Assembly: GCA_947176265.1 (NCBI GenBank)
Contig: CAMWQA010000004.1
Span: 1-46,915 of the forward strand
DNA: 46,915 nt
Source of the DNA: an uncultured Clostridia bacterium
Lineage (GTDB): Bacteria; Bacillota; Clostridia; Christensenellales; UBA3700
Reading direction: 5' to 3'
Shown: positions 1 through 9,480 of the stretch, piece after piece
Position numbering within the stretch: position 1 is the stretch's first letter
Layout: the number at the start of each line of letters is the position of its first letter
The notes under the pieces: model-generated
Databases searched by the model: none
Told to the model about the DNA's origin: nothing
The model's input: the letters and a program-made list of their open reading frames with translations, nothing else
Made by a program: the position numbers and the translations under genes

Positions 1-127
1 TTTTATTTTCTCTTTTTTAAGTTGGTCTATAAATTTAAAATATAAATTTAAATATCATCATTGTATTTTGAAAAACTTTATGTTAAAATAATACAGTAAA
101 TACTTATAAAAAGCGAGGTAAAATATT

Positions 128-607
128 ATGGGTTTCTTTTCAAATCTTTTCGGCGGTAAGAAAAACAAGAATGGCAACGCGTCAGTTCAGCAAGAATCGC
201 CAAAGCAAACTGTTAAAGTAGAGCCTAAATCTTTTGAAGGATATAGAATGACGGTTGACTTTGAGAGCGAGACAAGCGAAAAGTATTATTCCGATCCTAC
301 CTCTCAAATGGTAGACGAAATAATCGACCAAATGAGCAAAGGACTCGTCAACTTCGTTATCGTAGAGCACAGCAAAAGCGTTGGCGGATGCGTATTCGTT
401 CAATGTATGTGGGGCGGAGACGGCGTATATCAAGTAGAGGCGCAAGTGCGCAGAAATACGCAAGAGGGAGTATTGCGCAGTCAATATCGCTTGTTTTCGG
501 AGGATATTGACGAAGTCAAAGATTTGTTTGCGGCATTTTTGGCAGGTCAAGCGCCTAATATTAAAGATTGGGAATATATGGACGACTTTGATTTTTACGA
601 GGAGTAA
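128..607 (+). CDS. Hypothetical protein with N-terminal MGFFSNLFG amphipathic motif and acidic C-terminus
   Basis: 159-aa ORF; GAGG RBS upstream; TTGTAT-17-TAAAAT promoter at 61-89. Confidence 0.75.
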   Translation: MGFFSNLFGGKKNKNGNASVQQESPKQTVKVEPKSFEGYRMTVDFESETSEKYYSDPTSQMVDEIIDQMSKGLVNFVIVEHSKSVGGCVFVQCMWGGDGVYQVEAQVRRNTQEGVLRSQYRLFSEDIDEVKDLFAAFLAGQAPNIKDWEYMDDFDFYEE

Positions 608-640
608 AATTCAAAAGATAATAACGAATAAGTAATAAGT

Positions 641-675
641 AAAAAAGACAAATCTAAATTAGATTTGTCTTTTTT
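641..675. terminator. Bidirectional intrinsic terminator between ORF 128-607 and tRNA-Asn
   Basis: Inverted repeat AAAAAAGACAAATCTAA/TTAGATTTGTCTTTTTT. Confidence 0.8.
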
Positions 676-750
676 GGCGCCCTCAATAGGACTCGAACCT
701 ATGACACTGCGGTTAACAGCCGCATGCTCTACCGACTGAGCTATAAGGGC
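675..750 (-). tRNA. tRNA-Asn (GTT)
   Basis: Reverse complement GCCCTTATAGCTCAGTCGGTAGAGCATGCGGCT-GTT-AACCGCAGTGTCATAGGTTCGAGTCCTATTGAGGGCGCCA; 76 nt, encoded CCA. Confidence 0.97.
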
Positions 751-772
751 ATTTGCATATTTAAGCATATTC

Positions 773-801
773 ATATTAAAGTAAATTGCCGTAATTGTCA
801 A
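773..801 (-). promoter_or_regulatory. Sigma-A promoter of tRNA-Asn
   Basis: TTGACA (801-796), 17 bp spacer, TAATAT (778-773). Confidence 0.7.
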
Positions 802-905
802 GAGTTTTTTTCCAATTTTTTAAAAAATTGTTTTTGCTCTTTGTATTTATGCAAATTTCTTACGTTTTAATATATGCGCGATTGCAAAACGAAGTTAACG
901 TATAA

Positions 906-939
906 AATATAGACGGTAAGTTTTCTTACCGTCTATATT
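906..939 (-). terminator. Intrinsic terminator of GH3 gene
   Basis: AATATAGACGGTAAG-TTTT-CTTACCGTCTATATT perfect 15-bp stem just past the stop codon. Confidence 0.8.
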
Positions 940-953
940 ATTTTCAGTTGCAA

Positions 954-3452
954 TTATTTGGACTTTTTAGCTTGTTTTGCTTGCTCTTTAGCCTTTGCCT
1001 TTTCGGCTTTTTTCTTGGCTTTGTCTTCTTTGTCTCCGCCGATATTCTTGAGTACCATACCGACGCCCTTGAATAATTTGCCGTTCATTACGGTAACTAC
1101 GCCGTCAACCATCTTCATATTGAACATACCTTGCGAAGAGAACGCCAACGCTCTCATCGGGGAAGTCTTCATTACTTCGTAAATCATGAGATAGTTTGGG
1201 TCGTCCTTCTTGGCTTTCATGCTCATTCTGATTGCAGGCTTTGCAATCTTAAGAGCAAATCTTGCAAGACCGCTGGTATGCGCCATATCTTCAAAAGAAT
1301 CGTCCTCAGTGAATTCGCCTTTTTTTGCCAACTTGCGATATTCTTCCTTGATATCGAGACCCGACATTGCTACGAATTCTTCTTTGGTAATCTCTTTCTT
1401 AGCGTCCGGAGCGAAATACCAAGTATCTGCCGGAGTTGGGATGATTTCTGCCGAGTCGGTAGACGTGACGATTACGCTGTCTTCAAGACGGATATCTCTG
1501 CTTGACGCGCCTATCATAATCTTGAACTCGCCGCTTTCAACTTGCCAATCGCCAGCGTTCGTATTATAGAAAGCAAAGCTGCGTTTGTCAAGACTGAATG
1601 TAATTCGCTTCTTTTCGCCTGCTTTGAGGAATACTTTTTCAAATCCTTTGAGTTGTTGAGCCGGCGTATATACGCTTGACTCCACGTCGCCGACGTAAAG
1701 CTGAATTATCTCTTTACCGTCTACGTCGCCTACGTTTTGAACGTCGATAGTAGCCGTCAAAATGTCTTTATCGGTTATGTACTTTGACGACAAAGTGAGG
1801 TTGGAGTATTCAAACTTCGTATACGAAAGTCCGTGACCGAATGGGAAGAGTACCGGTGCGTTTGCCGTATTAAAATATCTGTATCCTACGTAAAGTCCTT
1901 CTCTGTATTCCACGCTGAATCTTGCGCCGGGGAAGTTTTGCGTAGAAGGTACGTCATCAAGTTTGAGCGCAAATGTCTCCGCCAATTTTCCGCATGGGTT
2001 AGCCTTGCCTAGCAAGAGATCTACGCACGCGTCGCCCGAAGTCTGACCGCCGAGATACATGCAGAGCACGCTGCGTACTTTGTCTATCCAAGGCATCTCA
2101 ACGCTTGAACCCATAGTCAATACGACGTTGACGTTTTTATTTACTTGAGTAAGTTCTTCAATCAACAGATCGTGACTTTGAGGCATATTGATATGCTTTC
2201 TGTCAAAACCTTCTGCCTCGTACTTGTCGGGCAATCCTGCTACTACGAGTACGGTGTCGTAATTCTTTGCAAGTTCTACCGCATTCTTGCGGAGTTTTGC
2301 ATTTTTCTTTACAGAGTCGTCGGAGAGGTCGTAACCGCTTGTGAACTCGTATTCTATACCTGCGTCGCGCAAACTTTGTTCTATCGTTGAAATCTTGGTG
2401 CAGTTGACGAAAGAAGAACCTGCGCCTTGGAATCTCGGCTCTATTGCAAGTTCGCCGACGAGCAAGATTTTTTGAGATTTGAGAGGCAAAGAACCGTCGT
2501 TTTTGAGGAGTATTGCGCTTTCTTTTGCGATATTCTTTGCAATTTGATAATGTTCTTCCTTATCGTACGTAGCGTCAGTAGGATTCTGGGTTGATCTCAT
2601 TACGAGGTCGAGTATTCTGTCTACAGCCAAGTCGAGTACGCTTTCGTCGAGCGTGCCGTCCTGAACGGCTTTGACGATGAGCTTGTCATTCATGCCGCCG
2701 CTTGAAGGCATTTCGAGGTCGTGACCGGATTTAATACCGTCGACGCGCTTATTGGTTGCGCCCCAGTCGCTTACTACGAGTCCTTCAAATCCCCATTCGT
2801 CTCTCAAGACTTTGTTGAGCAAGAATTGGTTTTCAGTCGCGTACGTATCGTTGATGAGGTTATAAGACGCCATTATCGAGCGAGGCTGAGATTGCTTGAC
2901 GGCAATTTCAAAAGGCAAGAGATAGAGTTCTCTCAAAGTTCTCTCGTCGACTACCGAGTTGATCGTCATACGGTAGGTTTCTTGGTTGTTGGCGCAATAG
3001 TGCTTGATTGAAGTGCCGACGTTTTTGCTTTGCACGCCGTCGATAAAACTTGCAGACAGCATACCTGCGAGATACGGGTCTTCGGAGAAGTATTCAAAGT
3101 TACGTCCGCAAAGAGGGCTTCTCTTAATATTCGTACCTGGTCCGAGAACCATAGCTACGTTTTCCGCGACTGCTTCTTCGCCAATCGCCTGTCCGAGTGT
3201 GTATAGCAACGACTTGTCCCAAGACGACGCCGTTGCCGACGCGGTAGGGAAGCATATAGCGTCCACCGAGACGTTGAGGTTGGTGGATACGCCGCTAGAG
3301 TCTTGTTTTCTCAATCCGTGAGGCCCGTCGCACATCATGACGGAGGGGATGCCCAATCTTTCGATTTCTTTTGTGTGCCACATATCTTTGCCGGAGCAAA
3401 GACTTGCTTTTTCTTCCAAAGTCATTTGGGCAATTAAATCTGCATATTTCAT
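954..3452 (-). CDS. GH3 beta-glucosidase (BglX-like) with FN3-like C-terminal domain
   Basis: Motifs DGPHGLR, RNFEYFSEDP, KHY, VVSDWGA (nucleophile D), FPFGHGLSYT; start moved to ATG 3452 (MKYADL) after GGGAG RBS. Confidence 0.93.
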   Translation of the reverse strand: MKYADLIAQMTLEEKASLCSGKDMWHTKEIERLGIPSVMMCDGPHGLRKQDSSGVSTNLNVSVDAICFPTASATASSWDKSLLYTLGQAIGEEAVAENVAMVLGPGTNIKRSPLCGRNFEYFSEDPYLAGMLSASFIDGVQSKNVGTSIKHYCANNQETYRMTINSVVDERTLRELYLLPFEIAVKQSQPRSIMASYNLINDTYATENQFLLNKVLRDEWGFEGLVVSDWGATNKRVDGIKSGHDLEMPSSGGMNDKLIVKAVQDGTLDESVLDLAVDRILDLVMRSTQNPTDATYDKEEHYQIAKNIAKESAILLKNDGSLPLKSQKILLVGELAIEPRFQGAGSSFVNCTKISTIEQSLRDAGIEYEFTSGYDLSDDSVKKNAKLRKNAVELAKNYDTVLVVAGLPDKYEAEGFDRKHINMPQSHDLLIEELTQVNKNVNVVLTMGSSVEMPWIDKVRSVLCMYLGGQTSGDACVDLLLGKANPCGKLAETFALKLDDVPSTQNFPGARFSVEYREGLYVGYRYFNTANAPVLFPFGHGLSYTKFEYSNLTLSSKYITDKDILTATIDVQNVGDVDGKEIIQLYVGDVESSVYTPAQQLKGFEKVFLKAGEKKRITFSLDKRSFAFYNTNAGDWQVESGEFKIMIGASSRDIRLEDSVIVTSTDSAEIIPTPADTWYFAPDAKKEITKEEFVAMSGLDIKEEYRKLAKKGEFTEDDSFEDMAHTSGLARFALKIAKPAIRMSMKAKKDDPNYLMIYEVMKTSPMRALAFSSQGMFNMKMVDGVVTVMNGKLFKGVGMVLKNIGGDKEDKAKKKAEKAKAKEQAKQAKKSK

Positions 3453-3600
3453 AAATTTCACTCCCATTGTTATCTTTTTACCAATTGCGCCTGCGAATTT
3501 ATTTCGCTGTAGCGGTTGTTGTAGTAATAATATTATAATAATATCATATTCGATTGGCGATTTCAATATTTTTATAGATATTTGTTGAGGTTAAATATAA

Positions 3601-3628
3601 AAAAATACGGCATGGCTGCCGTATTTTT
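3601..3628 (-). terminator. Intrinsic terminator after XRE gene
   Basis: AAAAATACGGCA-TGGC-TGCCGTATTTTT. Confidence 0.7.
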
Positions 3629-3651
3629 AATTTTAAGTTCAGAAGAGTATA

Positions 3652-3867
3652 TTACTCGCTCTTGCTTACTGGGGTATGTCCAACGAGCTCGTCAAGAGAT
3701 ACCTCAAGATAGTCTGCAAGTATGCAAAGTCCCTCGATACTTGGTTGGCAAGTGCCGTTCTCATAGTGAGAAATAGTACGTTGCGATACGCCTAGCAATT
3801 CTGCAAGGACGGTTTGGGAAACTCTTTTAAGTTTCCTGAAAATTCTTAAGTTTTTACTAAAATTCAT
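3652..3867 (-). CDS. XRE/Cro-C1 family HTH regulator
   Basis: SQTVLAELLGVSQRTISHYENG...LADYLEVSLDELVG; ATG 3867 with GAGAGGTG RBS. Confidence 0.88.
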   Translation of the reverse strand: MNFSKNLRIFRKLKRVSQTVLAELLGVSQRTISHYENGTCQPSIEGLCILADYLEVSLDELVGHTPVSKSE

Positions 3868-4110
3868 TGTTGACACCTCTCTATTTGTCTTTATGTAATG
3901 ATTTTCAAGACTTCTTATAAGCCTTGTATATTAAATATAGCACATTTTTTTGTTAATTTCAAGAGTATTTTAAAATTATTTTGTCACAATTTGCAAAATC
4001 AATATAAAATACGCCGTTTTTAGAATTAAATCGGGGTTGGCGTCTATAAGGCTATAATAAATATATTTAAATATTCGCATAATATTTATATATAAATAAT
4101 TCTTAAACAG

Positions 4111-4139
4111 TTGATATTATGCAAGTCGTTTGCTATAAT
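4111..4139 (+). promoter_or_regulatory. Sigma-A promoter of large lipoprotein gene
   Basis: TTGATA-17-TATAAT with extended -10 TG. Confidence 0.65.
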
Positions 4140-4216
4140 AAGACAGTACAACCAAGGAGATCAAATGCTTTCCTCGATAATTTGCGTAGAGGTTGGCATT
4201 GAGTAAAGGAGTAAAT

Positions 4217-7200
4217 ATGAGAAATAAAATCAACGTAATCGTCTGCATTATGATAATAGTGGTATGCGTGGCATTATTTGCAGCCGCATGTCAGCCTAAG
4301 GACGCAGACGGATTGATTAAACTTTCCAAGCCAGGCAATTTGGCGCTCAACGGAAGCGTGTTGAGTTGGGACGAAGTTAAGAATGCAGAGAAGTATTTTA
4401 TTTCCGTAGACGGAGTGGAGAATGAAAATAGCTTGACGTCCACGACTTGCGATTTGAGCGCAATGGTCACAGGCTACGGCAATTTCTCAATTACCGTAAG
4501 AGCTTACGGAGACGGAAAGAAATACGGTACGAGCGATAAGAGTTCCGCTATAGTTTACCACAAGGGTAACGCTCTTGACACTCCGGTAGTGACAGTCGTC
4601 AATAAGGTCGCATCTTGGAGCGCAATCGAGAACGCGGTAAATTATTCCGTCAAAGTCTTTGACTCAAAGGGTAAGGTCATGGACGAGTTGGAAAAAACCG
4701 AGGCATTGTCTTATAATTTCGCAGATAAAAAGACTTCTGCCAGCGGCGACGCAAGCGGAGATGCTCAAGAACAAAAAGATCTTTACGGAGCATACGGCGC
4801 GTATAGAATAAGCGTAACAGCTAATCCTTCCGCCGACAATATTCAATATTCGCCGTCTTTGGCAGGTACGGCAACTTACTATAACGCAACGGTCTTGGCA
4901 GTTCCGGCGTTTACCGATATGACGGGTTCTACTATTAGGTGGGGAGCAGTTGCCAACGCTACCAACTACACTTTGAGAAAGACGTATCAAGTTGACGGCA
5001 CTTACGAAGAAGCGGAAGTTTCTAGCACCAGCTATGCTTACCGCACCAAGTTCAATCTAGAAGAGGTCGGTAAATATACCTTTACTATCAAAGCCAACGG
5101 AGACAATCAAGTATATTATTCAAGCGAATTCAGCCAAGAAGACAGCGATTACACAGTCAATAAACTCGCTCCTCTAAAGGCTGAGGATATAGAACTTAAG
5201 TATGAAGGAGAAAGCGCAAAACTTTCATGGAAGTTGCCCGCCAATTCTCTTGAGACGGAGTTGTTTACTCTCAACTTGAGCGCGTTGTTGCCAGACGGAA
5301 GCGTCAAGTTGGAGAGCAGTATTTTGCAACAGACGATTTCCAATAAGATTAAATACGTAGTAGGCGACGTGTACGATTTCTATAAATACGACGCAGACGG
5401 CACAGGACTTGTAAAGGGAGAGTCGACTATTCTCGTATACAATTTCAACGGAAAGGCAAAAGTTCGTTACGACGGCAAAGATTATTTCCTCAAGGATAAA
5501 AAAGAAGACGGCAAAGACGTTGAATGGAAGGATTACGCGCCAAGCGCAAGCGTAGATATTATCTGCGACGATAGCAATCCCGATGAAATCAAGTTTGTCA
5601 ATGAGAGAAAAGAGTACAACGATCCTGCAAGCGGCGCGCTTTTGAGCCAAAACACCGGAAATAAAGAAGACGTGAACGGAACAGACGGACAGCAGCTCTT
5701 CTATTTTGAAGACGCTGACGGAGAGAGTAAATTCGACGTCGCTAAGAGCGTAGAAGAAATCGACGGAGTAACATATCATACTTTTGAAATTACTCTTGAC
5801 GATATATTTATCAAAAAGACAAATGAAGATGGCGATATTAAATACGAGTATAATATAACCGACAACGCATATTACGGATTGCTTTACGACGTATCTATTA
5901 CGGCAGGCAACGATTCAAAGAATTACGTCGCGAGCAAAAGCGTATCGACTGACGGTCAGTATATGAGTTATAAGATACCGGAAAAGAAGGACGGAAAGTT
6001 CGTCGTCAAAACTACCGGCGAGTATGCTTATTTGATATTGAATAGTTTCGTCAATCCCGGCAATACCGAAGAGTTCTCAATCGAAGAGAATATCAATTTC
6101 AACGGATATGAGATTGCGCAAGTCGAGACTTTCAACGGCAATATCAACGGTAACAATCATACCGTTTCGGGTGTCGTAATAGGCAACAAGGTCATGACGC
6201 AAAACGGCGTAATGAAGAATGACGGCGTAAGCGACCTTGAGTATTCTATGTTTGTCAATATCGACAGCAACGGAAATGAATTCAAGGGTATTATTCAGAA
6301 CGTCTTCTACGTGGGAATGAGCTTCGTCGGATACGACAAAGAAAAACTCGACGAGAGCGTAAGTTCAATCAAAGTTGCGCCTATCGCTATCAACAACAGA
6401 GGTACAATCCGCAATACGCTTGTTCAAAGCGATTCTATTAAGGCAGAGGGTGCTCAAGTTGCAGGTATGGTAATCAACAACTACGGATATATCAATACCT
6501 CTTCCGTATACGCAAACCTTGAGGGAACTACCGTGGGCGGCGTTATGGTAAATAACGAAGCCAACACGTACGTTGTCGACGTAGGTTTCTACGGCAAAGT
6601 TAAGTCGACGCTTTCGGATATTTTGACGGACGGCGTCACGACAATAAGCGGAGCAGGATTCGCAGTAAACAATAGCGGTAATATTATAGAAAGCTTTGCA
6701 ATAGGCGACGTTAGCGTTTCGGCAACCGGACTGGACAAAGTGTACGCAGGCGGTTTTGTGGCAATCAACAGCGGCAGCATAAATAAGTCGTACAGCGGAG
6801 AATTTACTCTCAACAACGTAATAACTACGGTTAGCGCTGACGGTGACAATGCGTACGCAGGCGGTTTCGTTGCAAGCAACAACGGCGAGATTAAATCAAG
6901 CTATTCTACGAATAAAGCTACGGCAAGTATGTACTCAGGCGGTTTCGCAGGATACAACGAGGCAAGCATTACGAGTTGTTACTCCACCGGCGGTACGGCG
7001 CGTACGGGCGAGAATAGAGGCGCGTTCGTAGGTAAGAATCAAGGCGGAACTATCGCAAAGAGCGTAAGCTATTCGACCGACAGCTGGGCTGAAGACAAAG
7101 AGGTAGAAGTATTGAAATCAAGCGAGAAACTTGCAGATATCGTAACGATACTTTACGGCGAAGACGAAGCTGATATGGTTATTATAAGAGACAAGGGTTA

Positions 7201-7441
7201 TCGTAACCCATTGATCAAAGGACTTATCTATATCGTAAGAGACGGCAACGAAATCAAGAATATCGTAACCATGCGTCCGTCGCAGAACGTAGATACTCAA
7301 GGCGTTATATTCATCTTAAATGAAGTCAAAGACGTAAAAGTTACTTTGCACGGTAATAATAGCAAGAAGGATAATAAAGTAGTAATCGAATTGAGTATTG
7401 ACAACGCTCCTGCAAGATATATTTACGGTTACGTAAAATAG
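4217..7441 (+). CDS. Large surface lipoprotein with FN3-like repeats and C-terminal GLUG-type beta-helix repeats
   Basis: ATG 4217 after AAGGAG; signal peptide with lipobox LFAAA-C; repeats such as LSWDEVKNAEKYFISVDG; repeated YAGGFVAxNxGxI motifs. Confidence 0.8.
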   Translation: MRNKINVIVCIMIIVVCVALFAAACQPKDADGLIKLSKPGNLALNGSVLSWDEVKNAEKYFISVDGVENENSLTSTTCDLSAMVTGYGNFSITVRAYGDGKKYGTSDKSSAIVYHKGNALDTPVVTVVNKVASWSAIENAVNYSVKVFDSKGKVMDELEKTEALSYNFADKKTSASGDASGDAQEQKDLYGAYGAYRISVTANPSADNIQYSPSLAGTATYYNATVLAVPAFTDMTGSTIRWGAVANATNYTLRKTYQVDGTYEEAEVSSTSYAYRTKFNLEEVGKYTFTIKANGDNQVYYSSEFSQEDSDYTVNKLAPLKAEDIELKYEGESAKLSWKLPANSLETELFTLNLSALLPDGSVKLESSILQQTISNKIKYVVGDVYDFYKYDADGTGLVKGESTILVYNFNGKAKVRYDGKDYFLKDKKEDGKDVEWKDYAPSASVDIICDDSNPDEIKFVNERKEYNDPASGALLSQNTGNKEDVNGTDGQQLFYFEDADGESKFDVAKSVEEIDGVTYHTFEITLDDIFIKKTNEDGDIKYEYNITDNAYYGLLYDVSITAGNDSKNYVASKSVSTDGQYMSYKIPEKKDGKFVVKTTGEYAYLILNSFVNPGNTEEFSIEENINFNGYEIAQVETFNGNINGNNHTVSGVVIGNKVMTQNGVMKNDGVSDLEYSMFVNIDSNGNEFKGIIQNVFYVGMSFVGYDKEKLDESVSSIKVAPIAINNRGTIRNTLVQSDSIKAEGAQVAGMVINNYGYINTSSVYANLEGTTVGGVMVNNEANTYVVDVGFYGKVKSTLSDILTDGVTTISGAGFAVNNSGNIIESFAIGDVSVSATGLDKVYAGGFVAINSGSINKSYSGEFTLNNVITTVSADGDNAYAGGFVASNNGEIKSSYSTNKATASMYSGGFAGYNEASITSCYSTGGTARTGENRGAFVGKNQGGTIAKSVSYSTDSWAEDKEVEVLKSSEKLADIVTILYGEDEADMVIIRDKGYRNPLIKGLIYIVRDGNEIKNIVTMRPSQNVDTQGVIFILNEVKDVKVTLHGNNSKKDNKVVIELSIDNAPARYIYGYVK

Positions 7442-7462
7442 CGCACTAATTCAAATGTAATT

Positions 7463-7498
7463 TAAAGCCGCTCCCGCCTATCGCGGGGGTGGCTTTTT
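7463..7498 (+). terminator. Intrinsic terminator
   Basis: AAAGCCGCTCCCGC..GCGGGGGTGGCTTTTT. Confidence 0.7.
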
Positions 7499-7572
7499 AT
7501 TTAAAGTGTGCCTATTGATTTATAATATTATATATGGTATTATTAATATATAAATAAAATATAGGGAGAAAT

Positions 7573-9135
7573 ATGAGCGAGCAAGAGAGATTGGAAGAAT
7601 ACGTGTCAATCGTGCCTAGCGTAAATCAAAAAGCTATTCAAAGACAAAGATTCAACGTGTTTTTTCACTATGGACTCAATACGTTTTCTGCAAAGGAATG
7701 GGGCGACGGTAAAGCTGACCCTAAAATTTTTAATCCAACCCAGCAAGACACCGATCAATGGGTAAGGACTGTCAAGGAAGCGGGCGCGTACGGAGTAATA
7801 CTCACGTGCAAGCATCACGACGGCTTTTGTCTTTGGCAGACTAAGACTACCGATTACAGTGTTGCGCAATCTCCTTATAAAGGCGGTAAGGGAGACGTAG
7901 TCAAAGAAGTGTCGGACAGTTGCAGAAAATTCGGCATAAAATTTGGGATATACTTATCTCCGTGGGATAGAAATCACGAATCGTACGGCATTGACAGATA
8001 CAATGATGTGTACTGTGAGCAGCTTGAAGAACTTTTGACGGGATACGGAGAAATATTTTGCGTGTGGTTGGACGGCGCTTGCGGATCTTATATGGACGGC
8101 AAGCCCAAGCAAGTTTACGATTGGGATAGATATTTTTCCACAATACGCCGACTTGCGCCCAATGCGTGCATTTCCAATTGCGGTCCCGACGTGCGTTGGG
8201 TGGGCAACGAAGGCGGATTCGCAAGGGAAAGCGAATGGAACGTCGTACCTAAGTTCGCTTTTGATATACAGTCAATCGAGTCGAAATCCCAACAGAGCGA
8301 CGAGAGCGATTTTGCCAAGAAAGAAGTCGATGTAAATTCTTCTGATTTGGGAAGTAGGGACTTCTTAAAGAATTTTGACAATTTCATCTGGTATCCTGCA
8401 GAAGTCGACGTGTCTATTCGCCCCGGTTGGTTTTATCATAAGTCGCAGGACAAATCCGTGCGCAGTCTCAAAAATCTTTTGAAGATATATTACACGTCTG
8501 TGGGCGGTAATTCTATTTTACTTCTCAATGCGCCTCCCGACAGACGGGGTTTACTACATGAAAATGACGTCAAGAGACTGCAAGAACTTGGCAATCATAT
8601 CAAAGAGAGCGAAGCGCAACTTTTGAATGTCAAATCTATATTAGCGCCTATTGCCGAAGAAGGAAAGGATATTCAAGGCGTTATTGAATATAGCTTTGAC
8701 GATACTACTTTTGACCCAACAAACTATTATACGCCAAAAGAAGAGCAGTCTAGTTATGAGATAAAAATCGAGTTGGAAGAGACCGTTAAAATCAACAGGT
8801 TGCAATTGGTGGAAAATGTAGCGTATTCCCAACGCATAGAAAAGTTTGAGATACACGCATTTGTCAAAGACGAGTACGTAAAGGTTTTTGACGGAACTAC
8901 GGTAGGTTACGGCAGGATTGCCACGTTTAAGGCAGTGAAGACAGACAAAGTAAAAGTCGTGTTGACAAGCGTACGTAAAAAGCCGCATATAGAGTTTGTC
9001 GGCGTGTATTCCGACAACGGAGTGCTTATTAAAGATACTTTGCGTCAAAAGTTTGTCAAATGGTTGCATCACGTCAATTATATAACTTATATTAGACGAG
9101 AAAACAAAAAAAGTAAGAAGAACAATTCGCAATAA
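7573..9135 (+). CDS. GH29 alpha-L-fucosidase with C-terminal F5/8 type C-like domain
   Basis: FFHYG, TCKHHDGFCLW, YLSPWD, VWLDGA (nucleophile), WVGNE, EVDVSIRPGWFYH. Confidence 0.93.
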   Translation: MSEQERLEEYVSIVPSVNQKAIQRQRFNVFFHYGLNTFSAKEWGDGKADPKIFNPTQQDTDQWVRTVKEAGAYGVILTCKHHDGFCLWQTKTTDYSVAQSPYKGGKGDVVKEVSDSCRKFGIKFGIYLSPWDRNHESYGIDRYNDVYCEQLEELLTGYGEIFCVWLDGACGSYMDGKPKQVYDWDRYFSTIRRLAPNACISNCGPDVRWVGNEGGFARESEWNVVPKFAFDIQSIESKSQQSDESDFAKKEVDVNSSDLGSRDFLKNFDNFIWYPAEVDVSIRPGWFYHKSQDKSVRSLKNLLKIYYTSVGGNSILLLNAPPDRRGLLHENDVKRLQELGNHIKESEAQLLNVKSILAPIAEEGKDIQGVIEYSFDDTTFDPTNYYTPKEEQSSYEIKIELEETVKINRLQLVENVAYSQRIEKFEIHAFVKDEYVKVFDGTTVGYGRIATFKAVKTDKVKVVLTSVRKKPHIEFVGVYSDNGVLIKDTLRQKFVKWLHHVNYITYIRRENKKSKKNNSQ

Positions 9136-9183
9136 ATATGCAAATTTTAACAAAAAATATAGACAAAATCGACAAAATCAGTA

Positions 9184-9212
9184 TTGACAATCAGTTGAAA
9201 AACCTTTATAAT
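9184..9212 (+). promoter_or_regulatory. Consensus sigma-A promoter with no downstream ORF
   Basis: TTGACA (9184-9189), 17 bp spacer, TATAAT (9207-9212). Confidence 0.8.
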
Positions 9213-9218
9213 ATAAAT

Positions 9219-9294
9219 GTAAATGTTTAGTTGTGAAATGTTTACTTTCTCCTTGTGTAAAGATACGGACTGCAAGAGCAGTCCGTATCTTTTT
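9219..9294 (+). ncRNA. Candidate ~75-nt sRNA with anti-SD motif UUUCUCCUU and intrinsic terminator
   Basis: Lies between a perfect promoter and the hairpin AAAGATACGGACTGC-AAGA-GCAGTCCGTATCTTTTT; start position estimated. Confidence 0.6.
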
Positions 9295-9332
9295 GCCAAC
9301 AAACTTTTTTAAATATGCCTACTTTAATTTGA

Positions 9333-9361
9333 TTGACAAATGGGAGATAATTAACTATAAT
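9333..9361 (+). promoter_or_regulatory. Sigma-A promoter of tRNA-Arg
   Basis: TTGACA-17-TATAAT. Confidence 0.8.
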
Positions 9362-9381
9362 GTCAAATGTAGCAAAGATAT

Positions 9382-9458
9382 GCACTCATAGCTCAATTGG
9401 ATAGAGCGTTCGGCTACGGACCGAAAGGTTGGGAGTTCGAGTCTCTTTGGGTGCACCA
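9382..9458 (+). tRNA. tRNA-Arg (ACG)
   Basis: GCACTCATAGCTCAATTGGATAGAGCG-TTCGG-CTACGGA-CCGAA-AGGTTGGGAGTTCGAGTCTCTTTGGGTGCACCA; 77 nt. Confidence 0.97.
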
Positions 9459-9480
9459 ATCACAATGCAAGTCGAACACC
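9450..9480 (+). repeat. Left attachment site: core GGTGCACCA plus arm AATGCAAGTCGAACACC
   Basis: Arm is the exact reverse complement of 13081-13097; it also forms a hairpin with TGTTTGGCTTGTAT followed by a T tract that could terminate the tRNA transcript. Confidence 0.85.

Noticed and set aside
595-801. 68-aa minus-strand ORF
   Set aside because: Runs through tRNA-Asn and its terminator.
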